From Sphingobacteriales bacterium 39-19 (GTDB lineage: Bacteria > Bacteroidota > Bacteroidia > Chitinophagales > Chitinophagaceae), in the NCBI GenBank assembly GCA_001898465.1, contig MKTX01000003.1:123684-187683 (forward strand): 64,000 nucleotides of DNA, in the 5' to 3' direction. Numbering within the stretch: position 1 is the stretch's first letter; each line of letters starts with the position of its first letter. Positions 47,263 to 57,406 of the stretch are shown piece after piece. A model generated the notes under the pieces. It was given only the letters and a program-made list of their open reading frames with translations, was not told where the DNA came from and did not search any database. The translations under genes and the position numbers were made by a program.

Positions 47263-48783
47263 TTAATTATTATCAAAACTGATGGGGTATTCATATAACC
47301 CTTCGTAGCCGGGATAAAATCCGCTGATGGTAATTTGTTTATTATCTCCTATCGCATCATTTAAATCACTTACACTTGTAACTTCTTTGTTATTTACTTT
47401 TAAGATGATAAAATTATCCCGCATCCTGGTTTGGTCATTTAAAATACCTTCTTTTATCTTTTTTACCACTACACCACCGCTAATGGCATATTCCTTTGCT
47501 TTTTTGGGATCTAAGGTTTCCAGGTCAGCGCCCAGGAGATCTACCAGTTTTTCCTTTTTTACAATCTCAAGGTTGCCTACTTTATTTTTTAATGTAACCG
47601 TGGTGGTAATATCTTTCCCATTGCGGTTATATACCAGTTCTACTTTATCGCCGGGTTTGTAACGGCTCACTTGTTCCTGCATTTCGGCGCCGCTTGCCAG
47701 GATCACGCCGTTCAGGCTTTTAATAATATCTCCTTTTCTGATTCCGGCTGCATAAGAAGCCCCGTCTTTGGGTACATCCTGGGTATAAATGCCCCAGGCG
47801 CTTTCAGGAATACCATTTGCTTTTTTCTCTTCGTTACTTAAGCCACTTACATCCAAATAAGAAATTCCTAAATATGCTCTTTGAACGGTACCGAATTTGA
47901 TAATATCATCTACCACTTTTTTGGCAATATTTACAGGTATTGCATAGGAGTAGCCTGAGTAAAAACCGGTGGGCGAAGCAATAGCAGAATTGATACCTAC
48001 CAATTTTCCTTCGGTATTAATTAATGCGCCACCACTATTTCCCCTGTTTACAGCAGCATCGGTTTGTATATAAGATTCTACTGCAGAGGCGCCGGCTTTA
48101 CTTTTATTTAAGCCCAATTGGCGTGCTTTTGCGCTTACAATACCTGCTGTTACCGTAGTTTCTAAATCTAAGGGGTAACCAATGGCCAGTACCCATTGGC
48201 CAATCTTTACATCATCACTATTTCCATATAATAAAAAGGGCAAGTTAGTGGCATCAATTTTTATTACTGCAAGGTCGTAAGACGCATCTCTTCCTATTAC
48301 TTTTGCTTTGTATGTTTTTTTTGTACTTAAAGTTACCGTTACTTCATCGGCATCTTCTACCACGTGGTTATTGGTTACAATATATCCATCGCTGCTGATG
48401 ATAATGCCGGAACCGGATGCCCGCTGTTCGGGAATTACATTATTTCTTCTTCCAAAAAGTTGGTTGAGCATATCATCATCAAAAAAATCACTAAAGGGAT
48501 CCTGGCGGCGACCCAGGTTATTGGTTACCTGTTTCGCATTTGTTTTTGTACGGATATGTACTACCGTAGGGATGGCCGCTTGTGCCGGTATCGTAAAATC
48601 AACCGGGCCGGGAGGTAAGCTGCCGTCATCATTATACCCGGCATATTTATAATTGCCGGGAACCTGCGTTGCCTGTTGCCCCGCATACATATCTTTTTGA
48701 TTCCATTTTCCATAGCCCCAAATCATGCCAAATGTGGTGAGGGCGCTAATTAATACTGTTGCTAAAACCTGTTTCAATTTCAT
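47263..48783 (-). CDS. HtrA/DegP/DegQ-family periplasmic serine protease with two PDZ domains
   Basis: Catalytic triad contexts TNNHVV (His), YDLAVIK (Asp), GNSGGAL (Ser). N-terminal anchor. 506 aa. Confidence 0.92.
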   Translation of the reverse strand: MKLKQVLATVLISALTTFGMIWGYGKWNQKDMYAGQQATQVPGNYKYAGYNDDGSLPPGPVDFTIPAQAAIPTVVHIRTKTNAKQVTNNLGRRQDPFSDFFDDDMLNQLFGRRNNVIPEQRASGSGIIISSDGYIVTNNHVVEDADEVTVTLSTKKTYKAKVIGRDASYDLAVIKIDATNLPFLLYGNSDDVKIGQWVLAIGYPLDLETTVTAGIVSAKARQLGLNKSKAGASAVESYIQTDAAVNRGNSGGALINTEGKLVGINSAIASPTGFYSGYSYAIPVNIAKKVVDDIIKFGTVQRAYLGISYLDVSGLSNEEKKANGIPESAWGIYTQDVPKDGASYAAGIRKGDIIKSLNGVILASGAEMQEQVSRYKPGDKVELVYNRNGKDITTTVTLKNKVGNLEIVKKEKLVDLLGADLETLDPKKAKEYAISGGVVVKKIKEGILNDQTRMRDNFIILKVNNKEVTSVSDLNDAIGDNKQITISGFYPGYEGLYEYPISFDNN

Positions 48784-48907
48784 GATTTTATTCTTTTAAA
48801 TTGTTCTCACTTTACTTTTATCAATTCCTCAAATGCTGTGCCTGCTCATACAAAGTAACGATGGTCTGTCAAAATGCAGGTATCCTGCTGACAGGTTTAA
48901 CATTAAA

Positions 48908-49945
48908 TTAGTAAGACTTTCGTACTTGCTGTAAATTTACCAGGAAATCCATCGTGTCAACCCCATCGGCATATTGTGATAAAGTGGGTTGCTGTGCCTG
49001 GCCAAAAGGGATGTACCTGTTCCCAACGATACATTGTACATCTTCATTTTGTTCTAATGCTTGGGCCAGTATCCCGGCATCCCGGTAATATTCATAATGT
49101 ACGGTGCTGATGGGTGAAAATATATTTTTATTTTCTGTAAGCAGGGTCGTGCCATTGGTCATATAAAATTGATGGTTCAAAAGCAATAAAGACAATTGGT
49201 AATCGTAATTATTTTTGTATTTATGGTGATCTTCAAAATATTTATACTTGTCCATTGCTTTTATGAAGGGCACAAAATCGTATTCTTCAGGTACATAAAT
49301 TTTGGTTACATTTCGGCATCCCAATCCAAAATACAGATGAATATCATCTGATAATTTTTCGAGTTCATCTTCACTTTCATGGCCCGTTAAAATTGCTACA
49401 GAAGTACGGTTGCGCCGAATGATGTGAGGAAATTTACCAAAATATTGTTCAAAATACCGGCTGCTGTTATTACTCCCGGTTGCCAGGTAGGCATCTAAAC
49501 CATTTAAACGGTCGGCAAATAATATTTCATTTTCTACTTCTTTATTTTCAAGTGCCATTACATGTACCAGGTAGGGGAGCAACACATCATCTTTAGATGA
49601 TAATTTTATGACTTGTTTATGCCCGCTCATAAAAGCACATAAAAAATCATGAAACCCCACCAGCGGGATATTTCCTGCCATTACAATCCCTATTTTTTGA
49701 GGGGTAAAATCATCCGGAACGGTATAGCTGTTTACCCATTTTTCCAGGGCTTCTTTTTGTAAATAATGAGTAGCGATGTGGCGGGCAGATAATGTTGTAA
49801 AGAAAGGGGTAAACCAGGTATTTTTTTGATATGCTTTTTGGATGGTTTGAGCCCATTCATCATTCTTATTTAAAATATGAGACCCCAGCTTTTCAAGAAG
49901 CAAAAAACGGTTTTGCAAATTCATCATGCTTTTAGTAATTTGCAA
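48908..49945 (-). CDS. LuxC-like acyl-CoA reductase family protein
   Basis: About 340 aa, resembling the Bacteroidota 'acyl-CoA reductase' family ([16 protein letters not shown]..., [14 protein letters not shown]). The assignment is by recollection only. Confidence 0.55.
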   Translation of the reverse strand: MQITKSMMNLQNRFLLLEKLGSHILNKNDEWAQTIQKAYQKNTWFTPFFTTLSARHIATHYLQKEALEKWVNSYTVPDDFTPQKIGIVMAGNIPLVGFHDFLCAFMSGHKQVIKLSSKDDVLLPYLVHVMALENKEVENEILFADRLNGLDAYLATGSNNSSRYFEQYFGKFPHIIRRNRTSVAILTGHESEDELEKLSDDIHLYFGLGCRNVTKIYVPEEYDFVPFIKAMDKYKYFEDHHKYKNNYDYQLSLLLLNHQFYMTNGTTLLTENKNIFSPISTVHYEYYRDAGILAQALEQNEDVQCIVGNRYIPFGQAQQPTLSQYADGVDTMDFLVNLQQVRKSY

Positions 49946-49960
49946 GTAAAATTACAACAG

Positions 49961-50308
49961 ATGGCGATAAAGATAACAGATGAATGTATAAATTGTGGTG
50001 CCTGTGAACCGGAATGCCCTAATAATGCAATTTACGAAGGAGGGGTAGAATGGGCCATGAGTGATGGAACAAGTTTAAAAGGTTCTTATGTATTGATGGA
50101 TGGTTCTACATTAGATTCCGATCAGCGAAATGCACCCGTAAGTGTAGATACTTATTATATTGTGCCGGATAAATGTACCGAGTGCCAGGGTTTTCATGAA
50201 GAACCGCAATGTGCTTCCGTATGCCCCGTGGATTGTTGCGTGCCGGATGATGATTACAAAGAAACGGTGGAGGAATTACTGGCCAAAAAAGAAAAAATGC
50301 ACTTTTAA
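49961..50308 (+). CDS. 2x[4Fe-4S] ferredoxin with a long insert
   Basis: [12 protein letters not shown] and [18 protein letters not shown] cluster motifs. ATG at 49961. Confidence 0.88.
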   Translation: MAIKITDECINCGACEPECPNNAIYEGGVEWAMSDGTSLKGSYVLMDGSTLDSDQRNAPVSVDTYYIVPDKCTECQGFHEEPQCASVCPVDCCVPDDDYKETVEELLAKKEKMHF

Positions 50309-50360
50309 TTTTTTTAGTAGCCGTAAGGCTTAATTAAGCAGGTGATATTTCCTGCACAAC

Positions 50361-50394
50361 GGCGAAAGTACTTATTACTTTCGCCTTTTGTTTT
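50361..50394 (+). terminator. Rho-independent terminator after the ferredoxin gene
   Basis: GGCGAAAGTA-CTTAT-TACTTTCGCC followed by TTTTGTTTT. Confidence 0.75.
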
Positions 50395-50503
50395 ACCAGA
50401 TTATATTAACTTTTAATTTCTATTAACAATAAAAGAATATTTTTGTAAACAGCAGGCAGGAATTGTAAAATTTGCTGCATTACGAAAAAGAAATATTTTT
50501 ATT

Positions 50504-50968
50504 ATGTGGAAACTTGCCGGCATACTCATTTTCATTCTCATCTCCTGTAATGATTCGCCTCGCCAGGATGTTGTAAATACTACTGAAGAAAAACTGGGCT
50601 TAATCAAAACCGATGAATCCTTTTCTGATATGAGTGTAGCCAAAGGATATAAAGCTGCCTTTATGGAATATATTGATAGCAATGGCGTACTCTTGAGGCC
50701 CGGCTCGGTACCTTTAATTGGAGCTACCGCCATCGATTTTTTATTGCAAACCAATGATAGCAATTTTAGTTTGCAATGGAAACCCCAAAATGCCTATGTT
50801 TCAAAATCGGCTGATATGGGATATACATATGGCATCTATGCGCTTCATCCACATAATGCAGATACCATTTTATATGGCACCTATGTAAGCATCTGGAAAA
50901 AAGAGGAAAATGGAAAATGGAAATTTGTTTTAGATTCGGGAAATGAAGGGATATCTCCCGGGAAATAA
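50504..50968 (+). CDS. Lipoprotein with NTF2/SnoaL-like (DUF4440-like) fold
   Basis: Lipobox FILISC. C-terminal GYTYGIY...GTYVSIWKKEENGKWKFVLD is typical of DUF4440-type proteins. Confidence 0.5.
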   Translation: MWKLAGILIFILISCNDSPRQDVVNTTEEKLGLIKTDESFSDMSVAKGYKAAFMEYIDSNGVLLRPGSVPLIGATAIDFLLQTNDSNFSLQWKPQNAYVSKSADMGYTYGIYALHPHNADTILYGTYVSIWKKEENGKWKFVLDSGNEGISPGK

Positions 50969-51000
50969 GTTTTTAAATAAATCGATTTCACGTACATACA

Positions 51001-51981
51001 ATGAAGAAAAAAATTGCCCTGGTAACGGGCGGCTATTCCGGCGAATCTGTAATTTCTTATAAAAGTGCAGAAACCATCTTTGCCAATATTGATGAAAATA
51101 AATGGGAATGCTTCCTGGTTGACATTCATCCAGAAGGATGGTTTTATAAAACCGAAGTGGGAGAAAAAATTGAGGTGGATAAAAATGATTTCTCTATAAC
51201 CGTTAACGGAAAAAAAATCATTTTTGATGCTGTACTGGTAGGCCTGCATGGTACACCCGGTGAAGATGGAAAATTGCAGGGATATTTTGATTGCCTCCAT
51301 ATTCCCTATACCTCCTGCGATGCAGCAACCTCTGCGCTTACTTTTAATAAAAGATACACCGTAGCGGTGGCGGCATTTGCCGGGCTCCATGTAGCCCGTT
51401 CGGTACACTTATTTAAAAACCCCGATGCAACAGTTCTGCAGCTAGCTGCCGCATTAAAATTACCGGTTTTTGTAAAACCAAATAACGGGGGGAGCAGTAT
51501 TGGTATGAGTAAAGTGATGAAAGCAGAAGACCTGCCTGCTGCCATTGCTAAAGCGTTTAAAGAAGATGAACAGGTTTTAGTAGAAGAGTTTATAGCCGGC
51601 AGGGAGTTTACCATTGGTGTATTTAAAAGTAAAGGAAACATTATTGCATTACCCATCACTGAAATTATTTCTAAAAAAGATTTTTTTGATTACGAAGCAA
51701 AATATGAAGGCGCCAGCGATGAAATTACACCCGCCCGGGTAGAAGAAACAATAGCTGAAAAAATTAGGCAGGCAGCGAGGTATGCTTACGAAATTTTTAA
51801 TTGCCGGGGAATTGTAAGAATTGATTTTATTTATGACGAACAAGCCAGGCAACCTGTGATGCTGGAAATAAATACCGTGCCCGGGCAAAGTGCAGCCAGC
51901 CTGGTTCCCCAGCAGGTTAAGGCCATGGGCTGGAGCCTCAAAGAATTTTATTCTGCATTAATTGAAGAATGTTTTCATTAA
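51001..51981 (+). CDS. ddl: D-alanine--D-alanine ligase
   Basis: VTGGYSGESVIS, HGTPGEDGKLQG, ATP-grasp region (GSSIGMSKV, EINTVPG). Confidence 0.94.
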   Translation: MKKKIALVTGGYSGESVISYKSAETIFANIDENKWECFLVDIHPEGWFYKTEVGEKIEVDKNDFSITVNGKKIIFDAVLVGLHGTPGEDGKLQGYFDCLHIPYTSCDAATSALTFNKRYTVAVAAFAGLHVARSVHLFKNPDATVLQLAAALKLPVFVKPNNGGSSIGMSKVMKAEDLPAAIAKAFKEDEQVLVEEFIAGREFTIGVFKSKGNIIALPITEIISKKDFFDYEAKYEGASDEITPARVEETIAEKIRQAARYAYEIFNCRGIVRIDFIYDEQARQPVMLEINTVPGQSAASLVPQQVKAMGWSLKEFYSALIEECFH

Positions 51982-52019
51982 ATATTTAACTTCAATATTA
52001 GTTAACTAAAAAATACTAC

Positions 52020-52820
52020 GTGTTTAAATTTATAACGGCCAGGCCATTTTGGGTAAATTTATTGGTAGCCATTGTACTGGCTGCTTTACTGGTTTTTGGT
52101 TTTTTACAATTATTAGGTCTCATTACCAAGCATGGGGAATATTTAACGGTTCCTAATATTACCGGGAAGAATACGGCCGAAGCCATAAAGATTTTAGAAG
52201 ATAAAGGCTTTGATGTGGTCATCCAGGATTCCGTATATACCGATACGGCAAGCCGGGGTACGGTATTAAAACAACTGCCCGATCCCAATAGCACCGTAAA
52301 AGTAAATCGTTCTGTATTGCTCATTGTAAACCGGGTAACCTTGCCCATGGTGGATATGCCTTCTTTACAAGGCAAATCATTAAATTATGCGTTGGAACTT
52401 TTAAAGCGCTCTCATTTAAATTTAGGGGATACTACTTTTCGGCCCGATTTTATGATGGGATCCGTATTAGAACAACATTATCATGGTACTGTTATTAACC
52501 CGGGTGCCAAAGTACAATGGGGCAGTAAAATAGATTTAATCATCGGCGGTGGCCTGGTAGATTTACGCATTCCTGTTCCGGATTTACTGGGAATGACGTT
52601 TGCCGACGCAAAATCAATACTGGAAACAGATGGTGTGAGCATTGGAGCCATTATTGCCGATGCAGGCATCAGTGATACGGCTGCGGCCTTTGTTTATAAA
52701 CAAAATCCACCCCGTTTATCGGATAATAATGAAAGAATGTTTATACAATCCGGGCAGGTAATGGACTTATGGTTATCTCCAACGCCCAAAGTACAAAAAG
52801 ACAGCACTACACAGAATTAA
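52020..52820 (+). CDS. Membrane-anchored protein with three PASTA domains and no catalytic domain
   Basis: GTG start. N-terminal TM (WVNLLVAIVLAALLVFGFL) followed by three ~65-aa repeats of the PASTA pattern (e.g. VPNITGKNTAEAIKILEDKGFDV...GTVLKQLPDPNSTVKVNRSVLLIVN). Confidence 0.72.
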   Translation: MFKFITARPFWVNLLVAIVLAALLVFGFLQLLGLITKHGEYLTVPNITGKNTAEAIKILEDKGFDVVIQDSVYTDTASRGTVLKQLPDPNSTVKVNRSVLLIVNRVTLPMVDMPSLQGKSLNYALELLKRSHLNLGDTTFRPDFMMGSVLEQHYHGTVINPGAKVQWGSKIDLIIGGGLVDLRIPVPDLLGMTFADAKSILETDGVSIGAIIADAGISDTAAAFVYKQNPPRLSDNNERMFIQSGQVMDLWLSPTPKVQKDSTTQN

Positions 52821-52825
52821 TAAAA

Positions 52826-53128
52826 ATGAAAACAATCAGTATTTCAGAATTAAAACAACGCATAAAGGATGGGGAAGCCATTCAACTATTAGATGTACGG
52901 GAAGCAGATGAGCGGGCAGAATTCAACATCGGGGGTGTTTTCCTCCCATTGGGAAATATAATGACCATGCAGATAGAGGATATAGAAGATATGAAAGAAA
53001 CAGAAATAGTGTGCTATTGCCGAAGCGGCAATAGGAGCATGCAAGCCTGCCTGATGCTGGAGTCTATGGGATTTACTAATGTAAAAAATTTAGTGGGCGG
53101 TATGCTTGAGTGGCAACTGAATGGCTGA
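52826..53128 (+). CDS. Rhodanese-like sulfurtransferase domain protein
   Basis: 100 aa with the active-site loop CYCRSGNRS. Confidence 0.85.
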   Translation: MKTISISELKQRIKDGEAIQLLDVREADERAEFNIGGVFLPLGNIMTMQIEDIEDMKETEIVCYCRSGNRSMQACLMLESMGFTNVKNLVGGMLEWQLNG

Positions 53129-53301
53129 AATGAAATCCCCTTATCAAGATAGCATAAACGGGTATTCTTTATATTTTATATTCATGCATGCAAACATGGG
53201 CTGGCGTAGCATACAATGAAAAATAGCACCCGTTTTATTCAAAGTGTTTGCCTTGAAATCCGTGAAAATAAGCCTACCTTGCAAGCCCAAAAACAAATAC
53301 T

Positions 53302-54825
53302 ATGAATTTCATAAAAACCTTAGGTTTAAAGGCGCAAAATGATGGCGTATCAACCGGTGCGGTTTGGATAAAATCAAAAGGAGAAAAATTAATAAGCATC
53401 TCCCCGGTAGATGGAAAATTGATTGGAAATATTCAAAGTGCAGATAAGCAATCCTATCAAAAAGTAGTGCAAAAAGCAGAAGCTGCATTTGCTGAATGGC
53501 GAAATTGGCCAGCACCCCGCCGTGGAGAAATTGTAAGACAAATAGGTGAAGAACTCCGCAAGAATAAAATACCCCTGGGCCAGTTAGTTAGTTACGAAAT
53601 GGGTAAGAGTTTGCAGGAAGGAATGGGTGAAGTACAGGAAATGATTGATATCTGTGATTTTGCGGTAGGGCTTAGCCGCCAGTTACATGGCCTTACCATG
53701 CATAGTGAAAGGCCGGGGCACCGCATGTATGAACAATATCACCCGTTGGGTATTGTAGCTATTATTTCTGCCTTTAATTTCCCGGTAGCCGTTTGGAGCT
53801 GGAATAGTATGCTGGCATGGGTTTGCGGCGATGTGTGTATTTGGAAGCCCAGCGAAAAAACATCTTTATGTGCAGTAGCTTGTCAAAAAATTGTACAACA
53901 GGTTTTTAAGAAAAATAATGTTCCTGAAGGGGTAAATAATTTAATATGCGGTGGGCATGAAGCAGGTGAGTGGTTAAGTGCAGACAGCCGCATTGCCCTG
54001 GTATCTGCCACCGGCAGTACCCGTATGGGTAAGGCAGTAGGAACTGCAGTAGCTCAGCGACTGGGGCGAAGCCTGCTGGAATTGGGTGGAAACAATGCCA
54101 TTATTATTTCAGATAAAGCCGACCTCTCCATTGCCATTACGGCTGCGGTATTTGGTGCCGTAGGTACCGCCGGGCAACGATGTACAACTACCCGGCGCTT
54201 AATCATTCATGAAAAAATATATAATAAATTTAAAGAAGCCCTGGTAAAAGCGTATGGGCAAATAAAAATCGGCAATCCCTTAGATCAAAAAAATCATGTA
54301 GGCCCGCTGATTGATAAAGATGCCGTATCTCAATATTTATCTGCAATAGAAAAATGTAAGCAGCAAGGGGGCAAATTTATTGTAGAAGGTGGCCTGGTAA
54401 AAGGTAAAAATTTTGAAAGTGGTTGCTATGTAAAACCTTGCATTGCAGAAGTGAAAAATAGTTTTGAAATTGTACAGCATGAAACTTTTGCACCAATTTT
54501 ATATATTATGAAATATAAAACCATGCAGGAAGCAATCGCATTACAAAACGGCGTGCCACAGGGATTAAGCAGTTCGGTTATTACCAATAACCTGCGTGAA
54601 GCAGAAATGTTCTTATCTGTAAATGGAAGCGATTGCGGAATAGCCAATGTAAACATTGGTACCAGTGGTGCAGAAATAGGCGGTGCATTTGGAGGCGAAA
54701 AAGAAACCGGCGGTGGCAGGGAAAGCGGCAGCGATGCATGGAAAGTGTATATGCGCCGGCAAACCAATACCATTAATTACACAGATAAATTGCCGTTAGC
54801 ACAGGGCATCCGATTTGATCTGTAA
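53302..54825 (+). CDS. NAD(P)-dependent aldehyde dehydrogenase, ALDH7/piperideine-6-carboxylate dehydrogenase-like
   Basis: Catalytic Glu context LELGGNNA, catalytic Cys context GQRCTT, C-terminal FGGEKETGGGRESG. The subfamily call is less certain than the superfamily call. Confidence 0.85.
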   Translation: MNFIKTLGLKAQNDGVSTGAVWIKSKGEKLISISPVDGKLIGNIQSADKQSYQKVVQKAEAAFAEWRNWPAPRRGEIVRQIGEELRKNKIPLGQLVSYEMGKSLQEGMGEVQEMIDICDFAVGLSRQLHGLTMHSERPGHRMYEQYHPLGIVAIISAFNFPVAVWSWNSMLAWVCGDVCIWKPSEKTSLCAVACQKIVQQVFKKNNVPEGVNNLICGGHEAGEWLSADSRIALVSATGSTRMGKAVGTAVAQRLGRSLLELGGNNAIIISDKADLSIAITAAVFGAVGTAGQRCTTTRRLIIHEKIYNKFKEALVKAYGQIKIGNPLDQKNHVGPLIDKDAVSQYLSAIEKCKQQGGKFIVEGGLVKGKNFESGCYVKPCIAEVKNSFEIVQHETFAPILYIMKYKTMQEAIALQNGVPQGLSSSVITNNLREAEMFLSVNGSDCGIANVNIGTSGAEIGGAFGGEKETGGGRESGSDAWKVYMRRQTNTINYTDKLPLAQGIRFDL

Positions 54826-54900
54826 TACTCAATCGTTAATATTATTGCAATTCATGTAAACGGTATCACTTAATTTTTAAATATTTTTATTTTCGTTATT

Positions 54901-56595
54901 ATGAAATTTACATCAATGAATAAAATTTTTTCAATGTTGGCTGTATTCCTTTTTATAGGCAGTATGGCTTTTGCACAACCCAAAAAAGAGGAAGTGCCCA
55001 ATAACTGGTTTCAACTGGATCCTGCAACCAGTGGGTATGCAGGCATTAGCCTGGATAAAGCCCGGGAATTATTAAAATCTAAAAACTTAAAAAGCCACCG
55101 GGTAATTGTTGCCGTAATTGATAGCGGCATTGATACCACGCATACCAGCCTTAAACCCATATTATGGACCAACCCCGGCGAAATACCGGGGAATGGTATT
55201 GATGATGATAAAAACGGGTACATTGATGATGTGCATGGCTGGAACTTTATTGGGGGTAAAGATGGCCGGAATGTAAAAGACGACAGCTATGAAGCAGCCC
55301 GGGTATTTTATGCTTTAAAAGATAAATGGGAAAACAAAACCATTGACGAAAATACGCTCAATACCAATGATAAAGCAGAATATGCTACCTACAAAAGGGC
55401 AAAAGAAAAAGTACAAGGCGATGTGAATGAAAATGAGGTAGCCTTCTTGCGCCAGTTAAAACCCCGCTTTGCTAAAGGTGATTCCATTATTCGTAAAGAA
55501 TTGGGTAAAGAAGAATATGCCTGCAAAGACCTGAAAGATTTTTCAACACAAAATGCCGATGCCAAAGTCACCAAATCTATTTTAATGGGTTTTTGCCAGG
55601 GCAATAAATCCGACGATATCAGCAACCAGCAATTATTGGATTATATTGATGGTGAGATCCGCAAAGCAGATGCGGCCACCCATGCACCCGAAAACTTTAG
55701 GGGCGATATTGTAAAAGATAATGAAAACGATATTAACGACCGTTATTATGGAAATAATGATATCATGGCAAATACGCCATTTCACGGCACTTTCTGTGCC
55801 GGTATTATTGCAGGGGTAAAAGGCACAAACCCTGAATCTATTACCGGTATAGCAGATAATGTACGCATCATGGCGGTTCGTGCCGTACCCGATGGAGATG
55901 AACATGATAAAGATATTGCACTGGCCATTCGCTATGCGGTAGATAATGGGGCGAAAATTATTAGCATGAGTTTTGGAAAAGATTTTTCTCCCGAAAAGAA
56001 ATGGGTAGATGATGCTTTTAAATATGCAGAAAGTAAAGGTGTGTTACTGGTACATGCTGCAGGTAATGACCATAAAAATATTGATACTGCCTATAATTTC
56101 CCAAACCCCATATATGCCGATGGTTCCGGCAGGGCCAGTAATATCATTACGGTAGGCGCCAGCAGCGATAAAAAACTGGGCAGCGCACTGGCCGATTTTA
56201 GCAATTATGGTAAAAAAGAAACAGATGTATTTGCCCCCGGCGTTTCCATTTATTCTACTACCCCTTTTAATAACAGTTTTGGTAAATCAAATGGTACCAG
56301 CTTTGCAGGCCCTATTGTAGCGGGTATTGCCGCATTAACTTTGCAATATTATCCGAACCTTACCCCGCAACAATTAAAAACAATAATCGAAAAAACGGCC
56401 CAGGCCCCGGCAGGTAAGGTAAATAAACCCGGTTCCGATGAAATGGTTTCACTCAGCGATATTTCAGTTTCCGGCGGTATTGTAGATGCGTATGAAGCAG
56501 TGAAATATGCAGGCGATATGCAAAAGCCCATGTTGAAGCATAAAGATAAAAAACGGCTGCCCAAATCAAAAATATCAAAACCGGTAAAAGGTTAA
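54901..56595 (+). CDS. Secreted S8 (subtilisin-like) serine peptidase
   Basis: Signal peptide. Catalytic Asp VAVIDSGID, His HGTFCAGII, Ser NGTSFAGPIVAG. Confidence 0.9.
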   Translation: MKFTSMNKIFSMLAVFLFIGSMAFAQPKKEEVPNNWFQLDPATSGYAGISLDKARELLKSKNLKSHRVIVAVIDSGIDTTHTSLKPILWTNPGEIPGNGIDDDKNGYIDDVHGWNFIGGKDGRNVKDDSYEAARVFYALKDKWENKTIDENTLNTNDKAEYATYKRAKEKVQGDVNENEVAFLRQLKPRFAKGDSIIRKELGKEEYACKDLKDFSTQNADAKVTKSILMGFCQGNKSDDISNQQLLDYIDGEIRKADAATHAPENFRGDIVKDNENDINDRYYGNNDIMANTPFHGTFCAGIIAGVKGTNPESITGIADNVRIMAVRAVPDGDEHDKDIALAIRYAVDNGAKIISMSFGKDFSPEKKWVDDAFKYAESKGVLLVHAAGNDHKNIDTAYNFPNPIYADGSGRASNIITVGASSDKKLGSALADFSNYGKKETDVFAPGVSIYSTTPFNNSFGKSNGTSFAGPIVAGIAALTLQYYPNLTPQQLKTIIEKTAQAPAGKVNKPGSDEMVSLSDISVSGGIVDAYEAVKYAGDMQKPMLKHKDKKRLPKSKISKPVKG

Positions 56596-56616
56596 TATAA
56601 AGAGTTTCTTCAGCAT

Positions 56617-56649
56617 ACATGGCCTCTTCATAAGAGGCCATGTATTTTT
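56617..56649 (+). terminator. Rho-independent terminator after the S8 peptidase gene
   Basis: ACATGGCCTCTT-CAT-AAGAGGCCATGT followed by ATTTTT. Confidence 0.75.
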
Positions 56650-56733
56650 ATAACAAGGATGGATATTCCTAATTAAAAAATCACCATAAGAGAACGAATT
56701 CTCTTTCCTTTTTTATAACATAACCTGCCCATT

Positions 56734-57396
56734 TTATTTTTCAAAAACAACGGCTTCCGGTTTGGCCCCTTTGGCTTCTACAATTTTTTCGATACTTTTT
56801 ATCATGGGATCGGGGCCGCAAATGTAAAAATGACGGCTAAAATCTTCCACTTGTTTTTCTAAAAAGGACTGGTCTATGCGGCCATGCGGATAGCCGGGCT
56901 CTGCAGTATCTAAAATAAATATGGCATTATCACCCAGCAACGATTTTAATTCTTCCCGGTAAATAATATCTTTTGATGTTTTATTGGCAAAGAATAATTT
57001 ATTATTTCCAATGGAATGGTCTTTTTGCAATTGGCGCAATATGGCAATAAAAGGGGTAATCCCGGCACCGCCTGCAATAAAATAACCTTCTCCCGAATAC
57101 GCAATAGCACCCCAGGAATCATCAATAATCAATTGGTCGCCGGGTTGCAATAATCCTATTTGTTTGGTTACCCCATCATGATCGGTGTAGCATTTGATGG
57201 TAAACTCCAGGTAAGGGTCACTATTGAGGGATGTAAAAGTGAAAGGGCGTTTTTCTTTTTCCCAGCCTTCTTTATGAATGCTTACTTCGGTAGCCTGGCC
57301 CGGAACAAATTCGTATCCCTTCGGTTTTTCAAGCCTTATGCGTCTTACATCATGGGTTACTTGCTGAATGTCCTGTATCGTTAATATGGTTTCCAT
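56734..57396 (-). CDS. FNR-like flavin reductase (FAD-binding plus NAD(P)-binding domains)
   Basis: RPFTFTS (RxYS-type FAD motif), the GGAGITPF nucleotide-binding loop and the C-terminal ICGP. 220 aa. Lies 10 nt downstream of folE. Confidence 0.72.
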   Translation of the reverse strand: METILTIQDIQQVTHDVRRIRLEKPKGYEFVPGQATEVSIHKEGWEKEKRPFTFTSLNSDPYLEFTIKCYTDHDGVTKQIGLLQPGDQLIIDDSWGAIAYSGEGYFIAGGAGITPFIAILRQLQKDHSIGNNKLFFANKTSKDIIYREELKSLLGDNAIFILDTAEPGYPHGRIDQSFLEKQVEDFSRHFYICGPDPMIKSIEKIVEAKGAKPEAVVFEK

Positions 57397-57406
57397 TTTG
57401 TGATAT

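Noticed and set aside
53158-53236. Long-range inverted repeat AAACGGGT...ACCCGTTT in the rhodanese-ALDH spacer
   Set aside because: It has only 8 bp arms separated by about 60 nt, with no T-run and no recognisable motif. That is within chance expectation for a spacer of this size.
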